The notes below the pieces were generated by a model, which saw nothing but the letters and a program-made list of their open reading frames with translations, had not been told where the DNA came from and did no database searches. Positions 1-8,531 of a DNA stretch of 20,000 bases are shown piece by piece; the stretch's first letter is position 1; every line of letters begins with the position of its first letter. This DNA is from an uncultured virus (IMG/VR IMGVR_UViG_3300020469_000013) (Duplodnaviria > Heunggongvirae > Uroviricota > Caudoviricetes > Kyanoviridae). Location: IMG/VR virus record IMGVR_UViG_3300020469_000013. One strand, given 5' to 3'. Both the position numbers and the translations under genes were made by a program.

Positions 1-330
1 CTCAAGTCATCTTTCCCTCAAGTTAATTTTGTAGGGTTCCGTTTACTTGGTACTAGAGATCTTTCATCTATGATTTCTCACTACATCCCTGACTTTGAAA
101 AGAGAGATCGTGCTCGTGCTGATTGGAAAAAGCATAAGTCTTTCACTATCAAGAATCAAGGATACGATTCATTCTTTGTTCTTTCTTCTAACAATCTCTC
201 AAATTCTACTGAGTTTGAAGTTGCTGAAGATGCAACTAAAGCACAAATCAGATCTGCTTTTAAAAAGTCTTTTACTAATAAAAAGATGAACAAAAAAGTA
301 CTAGGCGAATTCGTTGAGATGGTCGCTTAA
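1..330 (+). CDS. C-terminal fragment of the large protein that precedes cobS in T4-like cyanophages (CobT/VWA-like partner, putative); truncated by the window edge
   Basis: Frame 1 is open from base 1 (LKSSFPQVNFVGFRLL...) to TAA at 328-330, so the ORF-track start at 70 is internal. The C-terminus KAQIRSAFKKS..KKMNKKVLGEFVEMVA and the position directly upstream of cobS resemble this cyanophage gene. Confidence 0.6.
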   Translation, partial: LKSSFPQVNFVGFRLLGTRDLSSMISHYIPDFEKRDRARADWKKHKSFTIKNQGYDSFFVLSSNNLSNSTEFEVAEDATKAQIRSAFKKSFTNKKMNKKVLGEFVEMVA

Positions 331-400
331 CAAACTGTCTACTAGAGGCTTTATTGCCTCTTGATTTACAGTATAATATATACATACACGAGACAACATT
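331..400 (+). promoter_or_regulatory. Intergenic promoter region of cobS: short inverted repeat plus a TATAAT -10 box
   Basis: AGAGGC-TTTATT-GCCTCT inverted repeat at 344-361 and TATAAT at 372-377. There is no canonical -35 at 17 bp spacing. Confidence 0.55.
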
Positions 401-1486
401 ATGGCTTTCCAAGCAAAATTTTCAAACGAAGACTTGATTTCATTCTTAACAAAAAACGATACTGTTAAAGAAGTTACTAGTAAAGAAATTAATGAAGCAG
501 CAGCACACTTCGATGTACAAGTGCAAAGCGTTACAAAGCGTGTCAACAAACTTCAAGAGTTCCGTAAAGTTACTCGTGGTAAGTGGACATTAACTGTGGC
601 AGAAGCATTAGAAAAAAATTATTCAGCACCTGCTGCTCAACCAGTACAGAGTACAAATCTTATTCCAGAGATAGATGATCACTTTGTTAAATTCGGAAAC
701 TTTAATGATATTAGAAAGATCATAAAGTCTGAAGTATTTTATCCTGCATTCATCACAGGTTTATCAGGTAATGGTAAGACCTTCTCTGTAGAGCAAGCAT
801 GTGCTCAATCAAAGAGAGAATTTATTCGTGTCAACATCACAATCGAAACCGACGAAGATGACCTTATTGGTGGTTTCCGTCTTGTCAATGGCAGCACTGT
901 ATGGCATAACGGTCCAGTTGTCGAGGCATTGGAAAGGGGAGCTACACTCCTTTTAGATGAGATCGATCTAGCATCTAACAAGATCCTATGCTTACAATCT
1001 ATCCTAGAAGGTAAAGGAGTGTTCCTTAAAAAGATTGGTAAGCATGTTCTTCCTACTAAGGGATTCAATGTAATAGCAACTGCTAATACAAAAGGTAAAG
1101 GATCTGATGACGGTAGATTCATCGGAACTAATGTTCTTAATGAAGCATTCCTTGAGAGGTTCCCAGTAACCTTCGAGCAATCATATCCTAGTGTTTCTAT
1201 CGAGCAAAAGATTCTTGAGAAAGAATGTGAAGATACTCCATTCTGTAAGCATCTTGTAGATTGGGCAGACATTATCCGTAAGACATTCTTTGACGGTGGT
1301 GTTGATGAGGTTATCTCAACTCGTAGGTTAGTTCATATTGTTCGTGCCTATGCTATCTGGGGTGACAAACTCAAAGCAATCCAAGTTTGCTTAAATCGTT
1401 TCGATGATGAAACAAAGTCTGCTTTCCTTGACTTATATGATAAAGTAGATGCAGATGTAGATCTAAAATCTGAAGATGCTAATTAA
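401..1486 (+). CDS. cobS: CobS-like MoxR-family AAA+ ATPase
   Basis: Walker A GLSGNGKT, ETDEDDLIGG, Walker B LLLDEID, ATANTKG, LNEAFLERF, ISTRRL. The N-terminal ~80 aa may form a helix-turn-helix-like domain. Typical of T4-like cyanophages. Confidence 0.9.
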   Translation: MAFQAKFSNEDLISFLTKNDTVKEVTSKEINEAAAHFDVQVQSVTKRVNKLQEFRKVTRGKWTLTVAEALEKNYSAPAAQPVQSTNLIPEIDDHFVKFGNFNDIRKIIKSEVFYPAFITGLSGNGKTFSVEQACAQSKREFIRVNITIETDEDDLIGGFRLVNGSTVWHNGPVVEALERGATLLLDEIDLASNKILCLQSILEGKGVFLKKIGKHVLPTKGFNVIATANTKGKGSDDGRFIGTNVLNEAFLERFPVTFEQSYPSVSIEQKILEKECEDTPFCKHLVDWADIIRKTFFDGGVDEVISTRRLVHIVRAYAIWGDKLKAIQVCLNRFDDETKSAFLDLYDKVDADVDLKSEDAN

Positions 1487-2117
1487 ACCTTATGGTCCTT
1501 TGATATTACATGAAGTGATATCAGAGGACTTTTTAAAATTTCTTGTTGAAGCATCTGTCCAAACAAAAGTTAAAAACGAAAATGTTGGATGGGATTTAGC
1601 AGGTAACATAGATGATCAATTGCAAAGTGTGATTGATCCTCAAGGGTTTATGAAGGAAATCTATCCTCATATTTTTAGGTATATGGCAGGATGTTTTGAT
1701 AGAAGAAAAGAAGATATGTTGGGGCAACCAGATCCACCAATGTCAAGACTTACTTTTGATTGTGGTAATGGTCCTTGGATTAATTTTCAAAAGAAAAATG
1801 AGTTCAATCCTGTTCATGTTCACGGTGGTGAACTTTCTTCTGTTATAATGATTGATGTACCCGAAGAGATAGCAAAAGAATCTGATACTGTTAAGGACAA
1901 AACTAATATGCCTTGTCCTGGTCAGTTGGAATTTATTGACGGTCCTTCTGGATACATGTATACTGGAAGTTATAAAGTAGTTCCTAAGACAGGTGACATA
2001 TTTGTATTCCCTGCACAGTTAAAACATACTGTGTATCCATTTACAAGTGATGTTACTAGGATAACTATGAGTTATAATATATTCAACATACAAGTTGACT
2101 CAAACACTCAGGAGTGA
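1476..2117 (+). CDS. Putative 2OG-Fe(II) oxygenase (HxH-type double-stranded beta-helix family)
   Basis: WINFQKKNEFNPVHVH, LSSVIMIDVP, GQLEF, GDIFVFPAQLKHTVYPF, RITMSYN give an HxH...H metal triad and a distal Arg. Overlaps the cobS stop by 11 nt. Confidence 0.75.
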   Translation: MLIKPYGPLILHEVISEDFLKFLVEASVQTKVKNENVGWDLAGNIDDQLQSVIDPQGFMKEIYPHIFRYMAGCFDRRKEDMLGQPDPPMSRLTFDCGNGPWINFQKKNEFNPVHVHGGELSSVIMIDVPEEIAKESDTVKDKTNMPCPGQLEFIDGPSGYMYTGSYKVVPKTGDIFVFPAQLKHTVYPFTSDVTRITMSYNIFNIQVDSNTQE

Positions 2118-2123
2118 TATAAT
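2095..2123 (+). promoter_or_regulatory. Sigma70-type (host RNAP) promoter with extended -10
   Basis: TTGACT (2095-2100), exactly 17 nt spacer, TG at 2115-2116, then TATAAT (2118-2123). Confidence 0.8.
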
Positions 2124-2586
2124 GGTAAATGCATGGAGTCTAGCAGCATCTATACTAGACGGAACCTTTGAGGAGGATTATCCAGTTATGGATAAAGATG
2201 ATGAATGGATTGAAAAATCTGGTGGGTATGAGTGGACTCCTGGTTCGCCATGGCCTCCAGAGGTTCTCAATTCTGTTGAAGATTTGCGGATGGGAAACCC
2301 ACCAGTATATCCAAAACAACCTGTAGATTACAAGTACAATGAAGATCAAATCTTAGATAGTATTAAAGAGTATATTGGAAAAACATATTCCAAACATTAC
2401 TCTAATAAAATACAGACTCTAGATCTTATTGATTCTGTCGGGGATGCATCTGCATTCTGTCGTAGTAACATACTTAAGTATGCGTCTCGATATGACAAAA
2501 AAGGAACTGCAAAACTTGACATACAGAAGATAATGCACTATGCTGTATTATTATACCACTTTGAAGAACTAGACAAGGACTCTTAA
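2122..2586 (+). CDS. DUF3310-like protein (T7 gp1.7-like, putative nucleotide kinase domain) with an acidic/Pro/Trp-rich N-terminal region
   Basis: C-terminal TYSKHY...QTLDLIDSVG..AFCRSNILKYASRYDKKG...DIQKIMHYA matches the DUF3310 pattern. The likely start is ATG 2122 (GGAG at 2111-2114) rather than the TTG at 2095. An alternative in-frame ATG lies at 2188. Confidence 0.65.
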   Translation: MVNAWSLAASILDGTFEEDYPVMDKDDEWIEKSGGYEWTPGSPWPPEVLNSVEDLRMGNPPVYPKQPVDYKYNEDQILDSIKEYIGKTYSKHYSNKIQTLDLIDSVGDASAFCRSNILKYASRYDKKGTAKLDIQKIMHYAVLLYHFEELDKDS

Positions 2587-2589
2587 ACA

Positions 2590-3267
2590 ATGGATATGAA
2601 ACTATCTGAAAAAACTATTGACCTCTTAGAAAATTTTTCTTCTATTAACCAATCTATTTTGGTTAAAAAGGGATCTAAACTTCGCACAATATCTGTGATG
2701 AAGAATATCCTTGCAGAGGCAGAAGTTGATGAAAACTTTGAAAAAGACTTTGGGATATATGATCTCCCACAGTTTTTAAATGGTGTCAATCTTATGAATG
2801 ACCCAGATATAGATCTTAGGAATGAGTCTTATATGATTCTTCGTGAAGGCAATACTACTAAAGTAAAATTTGCTTTTGCTGATCCTAATGTAATCATATC
2901 TCCACCAGAGAAAGGAATTGAATTACCTAACTCTGATGTATCATTCCAGTTGGATAGTATTCAACTTCAGAAGTTGCTTAAGGCATCTTCAATATATCAG
3001 TTGCCAGATCTTGCTGCTGTTGGTAATGCAAAAAATATTACTTTAACAGTTCGTGACAAAAAGAATGATAACTCTAATGAGTTTGCTCTTGTTGTTGGTG
3101 AGACTGATAGTATATTTGAATTCAATTTCAAGATTGAAAATATCAAGTTGATTCCTGGTTCATATGAAGTTCAGATTTCTAGAAAAAACCTTGCTAAGTT
3201 TACTAATAGCAAGTATAATTTAGATTACTTCATAGCGTTAGAACCTGATTCAACTTATGCCGATTGA
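2590..3267 (+). CDS. g45: Sliding clamp (T4 gp45)
   Basis: MKLSEKTIDLLENFSSINQSI, FGIYDLPQFL, FNFKIENIK..PG.Y.V, YFIALE. Upstream of g44. The start could be ATG 2596. Confidence 0.95.
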   Translation: MDMKLSEKTIDLLENFSSINQSILVKKGSKLRTISVMKNILAEAEVDENFEKDFGIYDLPQFLNGVNLMNDPDIDLRNESYMILREGNTTKVKFAFADPNVIISPPEKGIELPNSDVSFQLDSIQLQKLLKASSIYQLPDLAAVGNAKNITLTVRDKKNDNSNEFALVVGETDSIFEFNFKIENIKLIPGSYEVQISRKNLAKFTNSKYNLDYFIALEPDSTYAD

Positions 3268-3787
3268 GTCTTTACCACTCTTTACTGTTTATATCCATAA
3301 GGTCAATGTGACTGAATGGCAAAAAGAAGGGAACCGTATATTGTCTATGGTTCCCTTTAATAGTACTGAGAAAAAAGAAAATCACATTGATTACACAGAT
3401 TACTTTAGTAAATCAGCACCACCATATGCTGAAGAAACACTGAAGTTATTCCAACCATATCTGGATGACTTCTTAAAAGTTTCTCAATATAAATTTACTC
3501 ATGTGAGTGGTCTGTGGTGTCAAAGATATAAGAGCAGAGATTATCATGTTCCTCATGATCATGGCACTGTTGGTTATTCTTGTGTATTCTATGCTAGAAT
3601 AAACCCAAAGGTACATAAAAGTACTTTGTTCTTTTCACCGTTTGCAGCAGAATCTGGTAGTCGTGATACTAGTTCTATTGCAGTTGAAGAAGGTGACTTG
3701 GTAATCTTCCCAAGTGGTTTGTTGCATATGGCACCACCACATGATAGTGACCAAGATCGTATTATTATTTCGTTAAATCTTTTGTAA
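3257..3787 (+). CDS. Putative 2OG-Fe(II) oxygenase (HxH-type)
   Basis: WCQRY...YHVPHDHG..YSCVFY, EEGDLVIFPSGLLH, RIIISLN. Same motif layout as 1476-2117. Lies between g45 and g44 with overlaps at both ends. Confidence 0.75.
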   Translation: MPIESLPLFTVYIHKVNVTEWQKEGNRILSMVPFNSTEKKENHIDYTDYFSKSAPPYAEETLKLFQPYLDDFLKVSQYKFTHVSGLWCQRYKSRDYHVPHDHGTVGYSCVFYARINPKVHKSTLFFSPFAAESGSRDTSSIAVEEGDLVIFPSGLLHMAPPHDSDQDRIIISLNLL

Positions 3788-4731
3788 TGAGAAATGAATT
3801 TCTATGGGTTGAAAAGTATAGACCCAAGACCATAGATGATTGTATTCTTCCGAAGAGTATCAAAGATACTTTTCAGAAGTTTGTAGATAAAGGTGAGATA
3901 CCTAATCTATTGCTTGCTGGTCCTGCAGGATGTGGTAAGACAACTATTGCAAGAGCACTTTGTGAACAATTATCATGCGACTATATTATTATCAATGGAT
4001 CTGATGAAGGTAGGTTTCTTGATACTGTAAGAAATCAAGCAAAGAATTTTGCATCAACTGTTTCTTTATCACAAACTAGCACACATAAAGTAATCATTAT
4101 TGATGAGGCAGATAATACTACACATGATGTACAGTTACTACTAAGGGCAAACATTGAATCGTTTTATAACAATTGTAGGTTTATCTTTACTTGTAACTAT
4201 AAGAATAAAATTATAGAACCATTGCATTCTAGATGTGCTGTTGTAGAGTTTGGTATTAAAGGTAAAGAGAAACAAACTATTGCAGCATCTTTCTTCCAAA
4301 GACTCAATGATATTTTAGATAAAGAAAATATCAAATCAGATAAGAAAGTTATTGTAGAACTCATTAACAAACACTTTCCTGATTGGAGGAGAGTGTTAAA
4401 TGAATGTCAAAGATACTCAGTTAGTGGTATAATAGATTCAGCAATCCTTGCAGAATTTTCAGATGTAAAAGTAAATGATCTCATTAAGAAACTCAAAGAG
4501 AAGGACTTTCCATCCGTTCGGAAATGGACGGTTTCCAATTTGGATAATGATCCTAATCTTCTGTTCCGTCGTATCTACGATGCTTTATACACATCCCTTG
4601 ACGGTCCTAGTATTGCTGCTGCTGTGCTTATTATTGCTAAGTATCAATATCAGATGGCATTCGTAGCAGACCAAGAAATTAATATGCTTGCATGTCTTAC
4701 CGAAATTATGGTAGAATGTAAGTTCAAGTAA
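3787..4731 (+). CDS. g44: Clamp loader large subunit (T4 gp44, RFC-like AAA+)
   Basis: LWVEKYRP, GPAGCGKTT, IIIDEAD, FIFTCN, SRC motif, FPDWRR. Confidence 0.96.
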   Translation: MRNEFLWVEKYRPKTIDDCILPKSIKDTFQKFVDKGEIPNLLLAGPAGCGKTTIARALCEQLSCDYIIINGSDEGRFLDTVRNQAKNFASTVSLSQTSTHKVIIIDEADNTTHDVQLLLRANIESFYNNCRFIFTCNYKNKIIEPLHSRCAVVEFGIKGKEKQTIAASFFQRLNDILDKENIKSDKKVIVELINKHFPDWRRVLNECQRYSVSGIIDSAILAEFSDVKVNDLIKKLKEKDFPSVRKWTVSNLDNDPNLLFRRIYDALYTSLDGPSIAAAVLIIAKYQYQMAFVADQEINMLACLTEIMVECKFK

Positions 4732-4736
4732 ACATC

Positions 4737-5036
4737 ATGACTACTAAATCAAACAAATTACGCAACCAAGTTAAGAGTAGATTTTATTATCTATTCTGGG
4801 GAGCAGCAACTTTATCTGTATTTGCAGGACAAATACATGTTGGTAATTCATACAATAGAATGTCTAAGTCTTTGAATCAATGGTTCAATGTTTCTGTAGA
4901 TGTTCTTATTGATGGGTATCTAGAAAGAAAAAATGAAGGAACATATACACCTCTAGTTCCACCTCCAACAGGAGATTGGAGAGACTATGGTGATGGTGTT
5001 GTCTTCTTAGAAGATCTTAGGGAAGAAACAAAATAA
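4737..5036 (+). CDS. Hypothetical protein with one hydrophobic segment
   Basis: 99 aa ORF filling the gap after g44. Basic N-terminus followed by FYYLFWGAATLSVFAGQI, a possible membrane anchor. Confidence 0.65.
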   Translation: MTTKSNKLRNQVKSRFYYLFWGAATLSVFAGQIHVGNSYNRMSKSLNQWFNVSVDVLIDGYLERKNEGTYTPLVPPPTGDWRDYGDGVVFLEDLREETK

Positions 5037-5048
5037 GGAGAATATACT

Positions 5049-5645
5049 ATGTCTCGTATCGTCCCAGTAATGCCTCCTCTATTACCAGAGGAAAAATTTG
5101 ATAGAACAAATCATAAAAATTCTGATACTCTTTTTAACGGTGGATCCTGTGAAAAAGCAGTAGAGATGTATTTGTTAAGAAAAAAAATTAATTTCTCTCT
5201 ACCTCATGTAGATCAAGGTATTGATCTTATAGTACAAGAGGAAGGATTGGAAAGAGCACAGATTAAAAAAATTGTATATAAGAACAAACTAGACAAAGCA
5301 TGTAGTAGAAATGGTATAATGAAGTATAGAGATACTTTTGATTTTAGATTCCAAACTGCTGGTAATGGTTCTAGTCCTCGCACCAAAGAAAATACAGATG
5401 TCTTCTATCATGTTTTATTAACTTGTTGGAGGACTCTCATTTTCAAAGTTCCAGTTGCAGGGTTAACAACGAATCCTGATGGTGCATTTGCAAAGATGAA
5501 AAATCCATGTCTCGATAGACCTTCCATACAAAGAAGAAGACAAGAGGGAACTGATATTAGAACATGTTTAGTATCATCACAATATGATCCGATGGTGTTC
5601 CAGCAGTATCCAGAGTTCTTCGCACCAAAACCTACTTTATTTTAA
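5049..5645 (+). CDS. Putative PD-(D/E)XK endonuclease (I-Ssp6803I/PDDEXK_5-like; homing or restriction type)
   Basis: Strong SD TAAGGAG at 5034-5040. The motif G..CE..V...L......SLP.VDQGIDLIV.......QIKK fits the E...PD...QxK variant of the fold. Basic protein. TAATG overlap with the MTase start. Confidence 0.6.
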   Translation: MSRIVPVMPPLLPEEKFDRTNHKNSDTLFNGGSCEKAVEMYLLRKKINFSLPHVDQGIDLIVQEEGLERAQIKKIVYKNKLDKACSRNGIMKYRDTFDFRFQTAGNGSSPRTKENTDVFYHVLLTCWRTLIFKVPVAGLTTNPDGAFAKMKNPCLDRPSIQRRRQEGTDIRTCLVSSQYDPMVFQQYPEFFAPKPTLF

Positions 5646-6490
5646 TGAAACAATTAAAAACTCCTCTTCGTTATCCTGGTGGAAAATCTAGAGCAGTTAA
5701 AAAACTATTTGGTTTTTATCCTTGGAAAAGATCTGATGGTCGTCAACCAATGTATAAAGAGTTTCGTGAACCATTTCTAGGTGGTGGTTCGTTTGCTCTA
5801 GAATGGACTAAAAGATTTCCTGATACTAAAGTATGGGTTAATGATTTGTATGAACCATTGGCAAATTTTTGGATGGAGTTGCAGCATGATGGTCAAGCAT
5901 TACAAGATAAAGTTTTTAGTATAAAGAATAAGTATCCTGATAGAGATACTGCTAGAGAATTATTTACTCAAGCAAAAGACGATATAAACAATAAGACCCT
6001 ATCTAATCTAGATCGTGCAGCAGCATTTTATGTAACTAATAAATGCAGTTTCTCTGGTCTTACTGAGTCAAGTTCATTTTCCCCACAGGCATCAGAATCT
6101 AATTTTTCTTATAGGGGAATTGATAAACTAGCACAGTATGGAAAATTGATTCAGAATTGGAAGATAACTAATAGTACATACTCAGATCTTTTAACTGACG
6201 ATCCAACAGTCTTTATGTATTCGGATCCTCCTTATGATATTAAAACAAATTTATATGGTAAGAAAGGAGCAATGCATAAAAAATTTGATCATGATGTGTT
6301 TGCTGCAGATTGTGATGATGCATGTTGCGATCACATAATATCTTACAACTCATCACAATTAGTTCGTGATCGTTTTATTAATTGGAATGCATCTGAATTT
6401 GATTTAACATACACCATGAGATCAGTGGGTAAATATATGTTAGAACAAATGGATCGTAAAGAACTAGTCTTAACCAACTATACAATATGA
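5645..6490 (+). CDS. dam: D12-class N6-adenine DNA methyltransferase (Dam-like)
   Basis: LRYPGGKS, SAM-binding EPFLGGGS, VNDL, catalytic DPPY, ISYN, ELVLTNY. Target specificity is not demonstrable from the sequence. Confidence 0.9.
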   Translation: MKQLKTPLRYPGGKSRAVKKLFGFYPWKRSDGRQPMYKEFREPFLGGGSFALEWTKRFPDTKVWVNDLYEPLANFWMELQHDGQALQDKVFSIKNKYPDRDTARELFTQAKDDINNKTLSNLDRAAAFYVTNKCSFSGLTESSSFSPQASESNFSYRGIDKLAQYGKLIQNWKITNSTYSDLLTDDPTVFMYSDPPYDIKTNLYGKKGAMHKKFDHDVFAADCDDACCDHIISYNSSQLVRDRFINWNASEFDLTYTMRSVGKYMLEQMDRKELVLTNYTI

Positions 6491-8166
6491 ATATTATAGG
6501 ACTCTATGGTACAATTGAAAATCCAGAAGCAGTTAGTCATGATTCTGGTGCAACTTTATTTGTAGATGGGTATCATATTAGAAGTATAAATGAAGAGCGT
6601 TTGAGTAGGATAAAAGAGGATGGTAGTTTTCCTTTTAAATCTATTGATTATGTTCTAGGAGATTATTCTAAAGAGGATATTGATGTAGTATGTTATGTTC
6701 CAACATATCCTTGGAATAATCTTTTTAAATATAGCGAAGTTACTACCTCAGATCATAAAATTTGGTATGAGGGAAAAGAAAAAGAAGCAAGTAAATTACT
6801 AAGAGATATATTTCCATGTGCAGATGTTTGGTTTTTATCACATCATTTGTGTCATGCAGCATCTACTGTATTTACTTCTCCATTTAATAGTGGAAGTTTT
6901 CTAACATTAGATGGTTTAGGTAGTGGACTATGGGATTTTGCTACTGGTAATATTCGTGGTGGAGAAAATAATAGTATAGGATATTTCAATAAGAAAAAAA
7001 AGATTTTTAGATTCTTTCGTATGCCTGGTGATGTTGGTGAGAATTCTTTTGGAGAATTTTATTGTCAATGGTCTAAGATGATATATGAGGGTAAGTGTAA
7101 AGAGATGGGTAAAGATTATGAAGATGATAAGACACCAAAAGAAGGGAAGATAATGGGTCTTGCATCATATGGAAATAAACTAGATGCACCTAAACCATAT
7201 ACACTTGCTAATGATTATGCCAAAGAATTATTTGATATTGAAAAATATGACTTTGGGCATAATGTAGCAAATTTCTATGACTATAGTATGGTATTTAATT
7301 CTCTTCAAGGAAGTTTAGAAGATAAAGCATATTATCTACAAAGATCATTTGAAGATGCTATACTTGGGTTAGTTGAATCTTTACAAGAAGATGGTTATCT
7401 AGAAGATGATCATTGTTTTGCTGGTGGATCTTTCCTTAATGTATGTGCTAATAGTTTATTAAAACCATTGTTTAATAACATGCATATACCACCATATACA
7501 AATGACTCTGGTATTCATTTTGGAGCAGCAGCATGGGGTGCTTATAAAACTGGAAGCAATCCTCGTATGCCAAAGAACAATATAACATATCTTGGAAAAT
7601 CTTATGAAGATTTTATTCCTGATGAAGAGAATATGGAATACTATGAAGACTTTGATTTGTTATGCGAGACAGTTGCTTTTGAACTTGAGAAAAATAAAAT
7701 TGTAGGATGGTTTCAAGGTAGATCAGAACATGGTCCTCGTGCTCTTGGTAATCGTTCTATTCTTATGAGTCCTGCTCTAGCAGAAAATAAAGACACCTTG
7801 AATAAGAGAATAAAACATCGTGAGCATTGGAGACCGTATGCTGGTATAATGTTAGAAGAAAGAATAGATGATTATTTTCTTGAGGGTGAACTAACACCAT
7901 ACATGCTAAGTTCTCAGCATGCTATAAATGATAGGATACCTGCCATTACTCATGAGGATAAAACTTGTAGGATTCAAACTGTTAATAAGAAACAGAATCC
8001 TAAAATATATCATCTACTATCTAAATTTGAAGATCCTATTCTTTTAAATACATCATTCAATAAGAGTGGAGAACCTATCATAGAAACTCCAGAAGATGCT
8101 ATTAAAGGATTTAAAAATATGGATCTAGATTTTCTTGTTATTGGGAATTACATACTATGGAATTAA
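6487..8166 (+). CDS. NodU/CmcH (TobZ-like) O-carbamoyltransferase
   Basis: HDSGA, EERLSRIK, HHLCHAAS, DGLG, EGKIMGLASYG, AGGSFLNVCAN and DSG..FGAA (Kae1-like domain). GWFQGRSEHGPRALGNRSIL, KHREHWRPYA, H.D.TCRIQTV and LNTSFN..GEPI (YrdC-like domain). Confidence 0.93.
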   Translation: MNIIGLYGTIENPEAVSHDSGATLFVDGYHIRSINEERLSRIKEDGSFPFKSIDYVLGDYSKEDIDVVCYVPTYPWNNLFKYSEVTTSDHKIWYEGKEKEASKLLRDIFPCADVWFLSHHLCHAASTVFTSPFNSGSFLTLDGLGSGLWDFATGNIRGGENNSIGYFNKKKKIFRFFRMPGDVGENSFGEFYCQWSKMIYEGKCKEMGKDYEDDKTPKEGKIMGLASYGNKLDAPKPYTLANDYAKELFDIEKYDFGHNVANFYDYSMVFNSLQGSLEDKAYYLQRSFEDAILGLVESLQEDGYLEDDHCFAGGSFLNVCANSLLKPLFNNMHIPPYTNDSGIHFGAAAWGAYKTGSNPRMPKNNITYLGKSYEDFIPDEENMEYYEDFDLLCETVAFELEKNKIVGWFQGRSEHGPRALGNRSILMSPALAENKDTLNKRIKHREHWRPYAGIMLEERIDDYFLEGELTPYMLSSQHAINDRIPAITHEDKTCRIQTVNKKQNPKIYHLLSKFEDPILLNTSFNKSGEPIIETPEDAIKGFKNMDLDFLVIGNYILWN

Positions 8167-8531
8167 AAGACTGGTTAAATTCAATTAATCTTAACAAGAA
8201 AGATATTCTTGAAGAAGATCCTGATGCAAAGTATCCTGCATATATTGTAAATCGTTGCTTATCAGGTCACCTTGATTGCATCATGTATGCTAACGAGATG
8301 AATAGATTTCCTAATCTAGATAAGGACATGCAATATAATTTTATGCTAAATGGAATCAGAAAGAAAAAGCGTTTTGCTCCTTGGTTAAAGCAAGAAAGGA
8401 TTGACGATTTAGATCTTGTAAAAAAATATTATAAGTATAATACTGAGAAAGCAAAACAAGCATTAAGAATATTAACTCCAGATCAACTTCAATATATAAA
8501 ACAGAAAATGGATATCGGTGGTATTAAGTGA
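8157..8531 (+). CDS. g62: Clamp loader small subunit (T4 gp62)
   Basis: ELKDWLNSIN, YPAYIVNRCLS, ANEMN, RKKKRFAPW, VKKYYKYN.EKA. Lies between g44 and regA. Confidence 0.92.
   Translation: MELKDWLNSINLNKKDILEEDPDAKYPAYIVNRCLSGHLDCIMYANEMNRFPNLDKDMQYNFMLNGIRKKKRFAPWLKQERIDDLDLVKKYYKYNTEKAKQALRILTPDQLQYIKQKMDIGGIK

Noticed and set aside
95..289. Alternative-frame + strand ORFs (95-289, 4475-4666, 9012-9248, 15383-15640, 17308-17514)
   Set aside because: Nested out of frame within conserved genes. Their Leu/Met-rich sequences are the usual frameshifted reading of AT-rich codons.
805..1272. 155-aa minus-strand ORF, and the other minus-strand ORFs (301-549, 2155-2349, 2583-2789, 10127-10597, 11883-12107, 12324-12506, 12916-13098, 13701-13991, 14361-14561, 15600-15941, 16635-16967, 18673-18972)
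   Set aside because: All lie antisense to well-supported + strand genes, show no recognisable motifs, and have the composition expected of shadow frames.
401..1486. Cobalamin biosynthesis pathway implied by cobS
   Set aside because: No other cob genes are present. Phage CobS is better read as a MoxR-like AAA+ chaperone working with the upstream partner.
2095..2121. ORF-track TTG start at 2095
   Set aside because: This TTG is the -35 box (TTGACT) and overlaps the upstream gene. ATG 2122 has a properly spaced SD.
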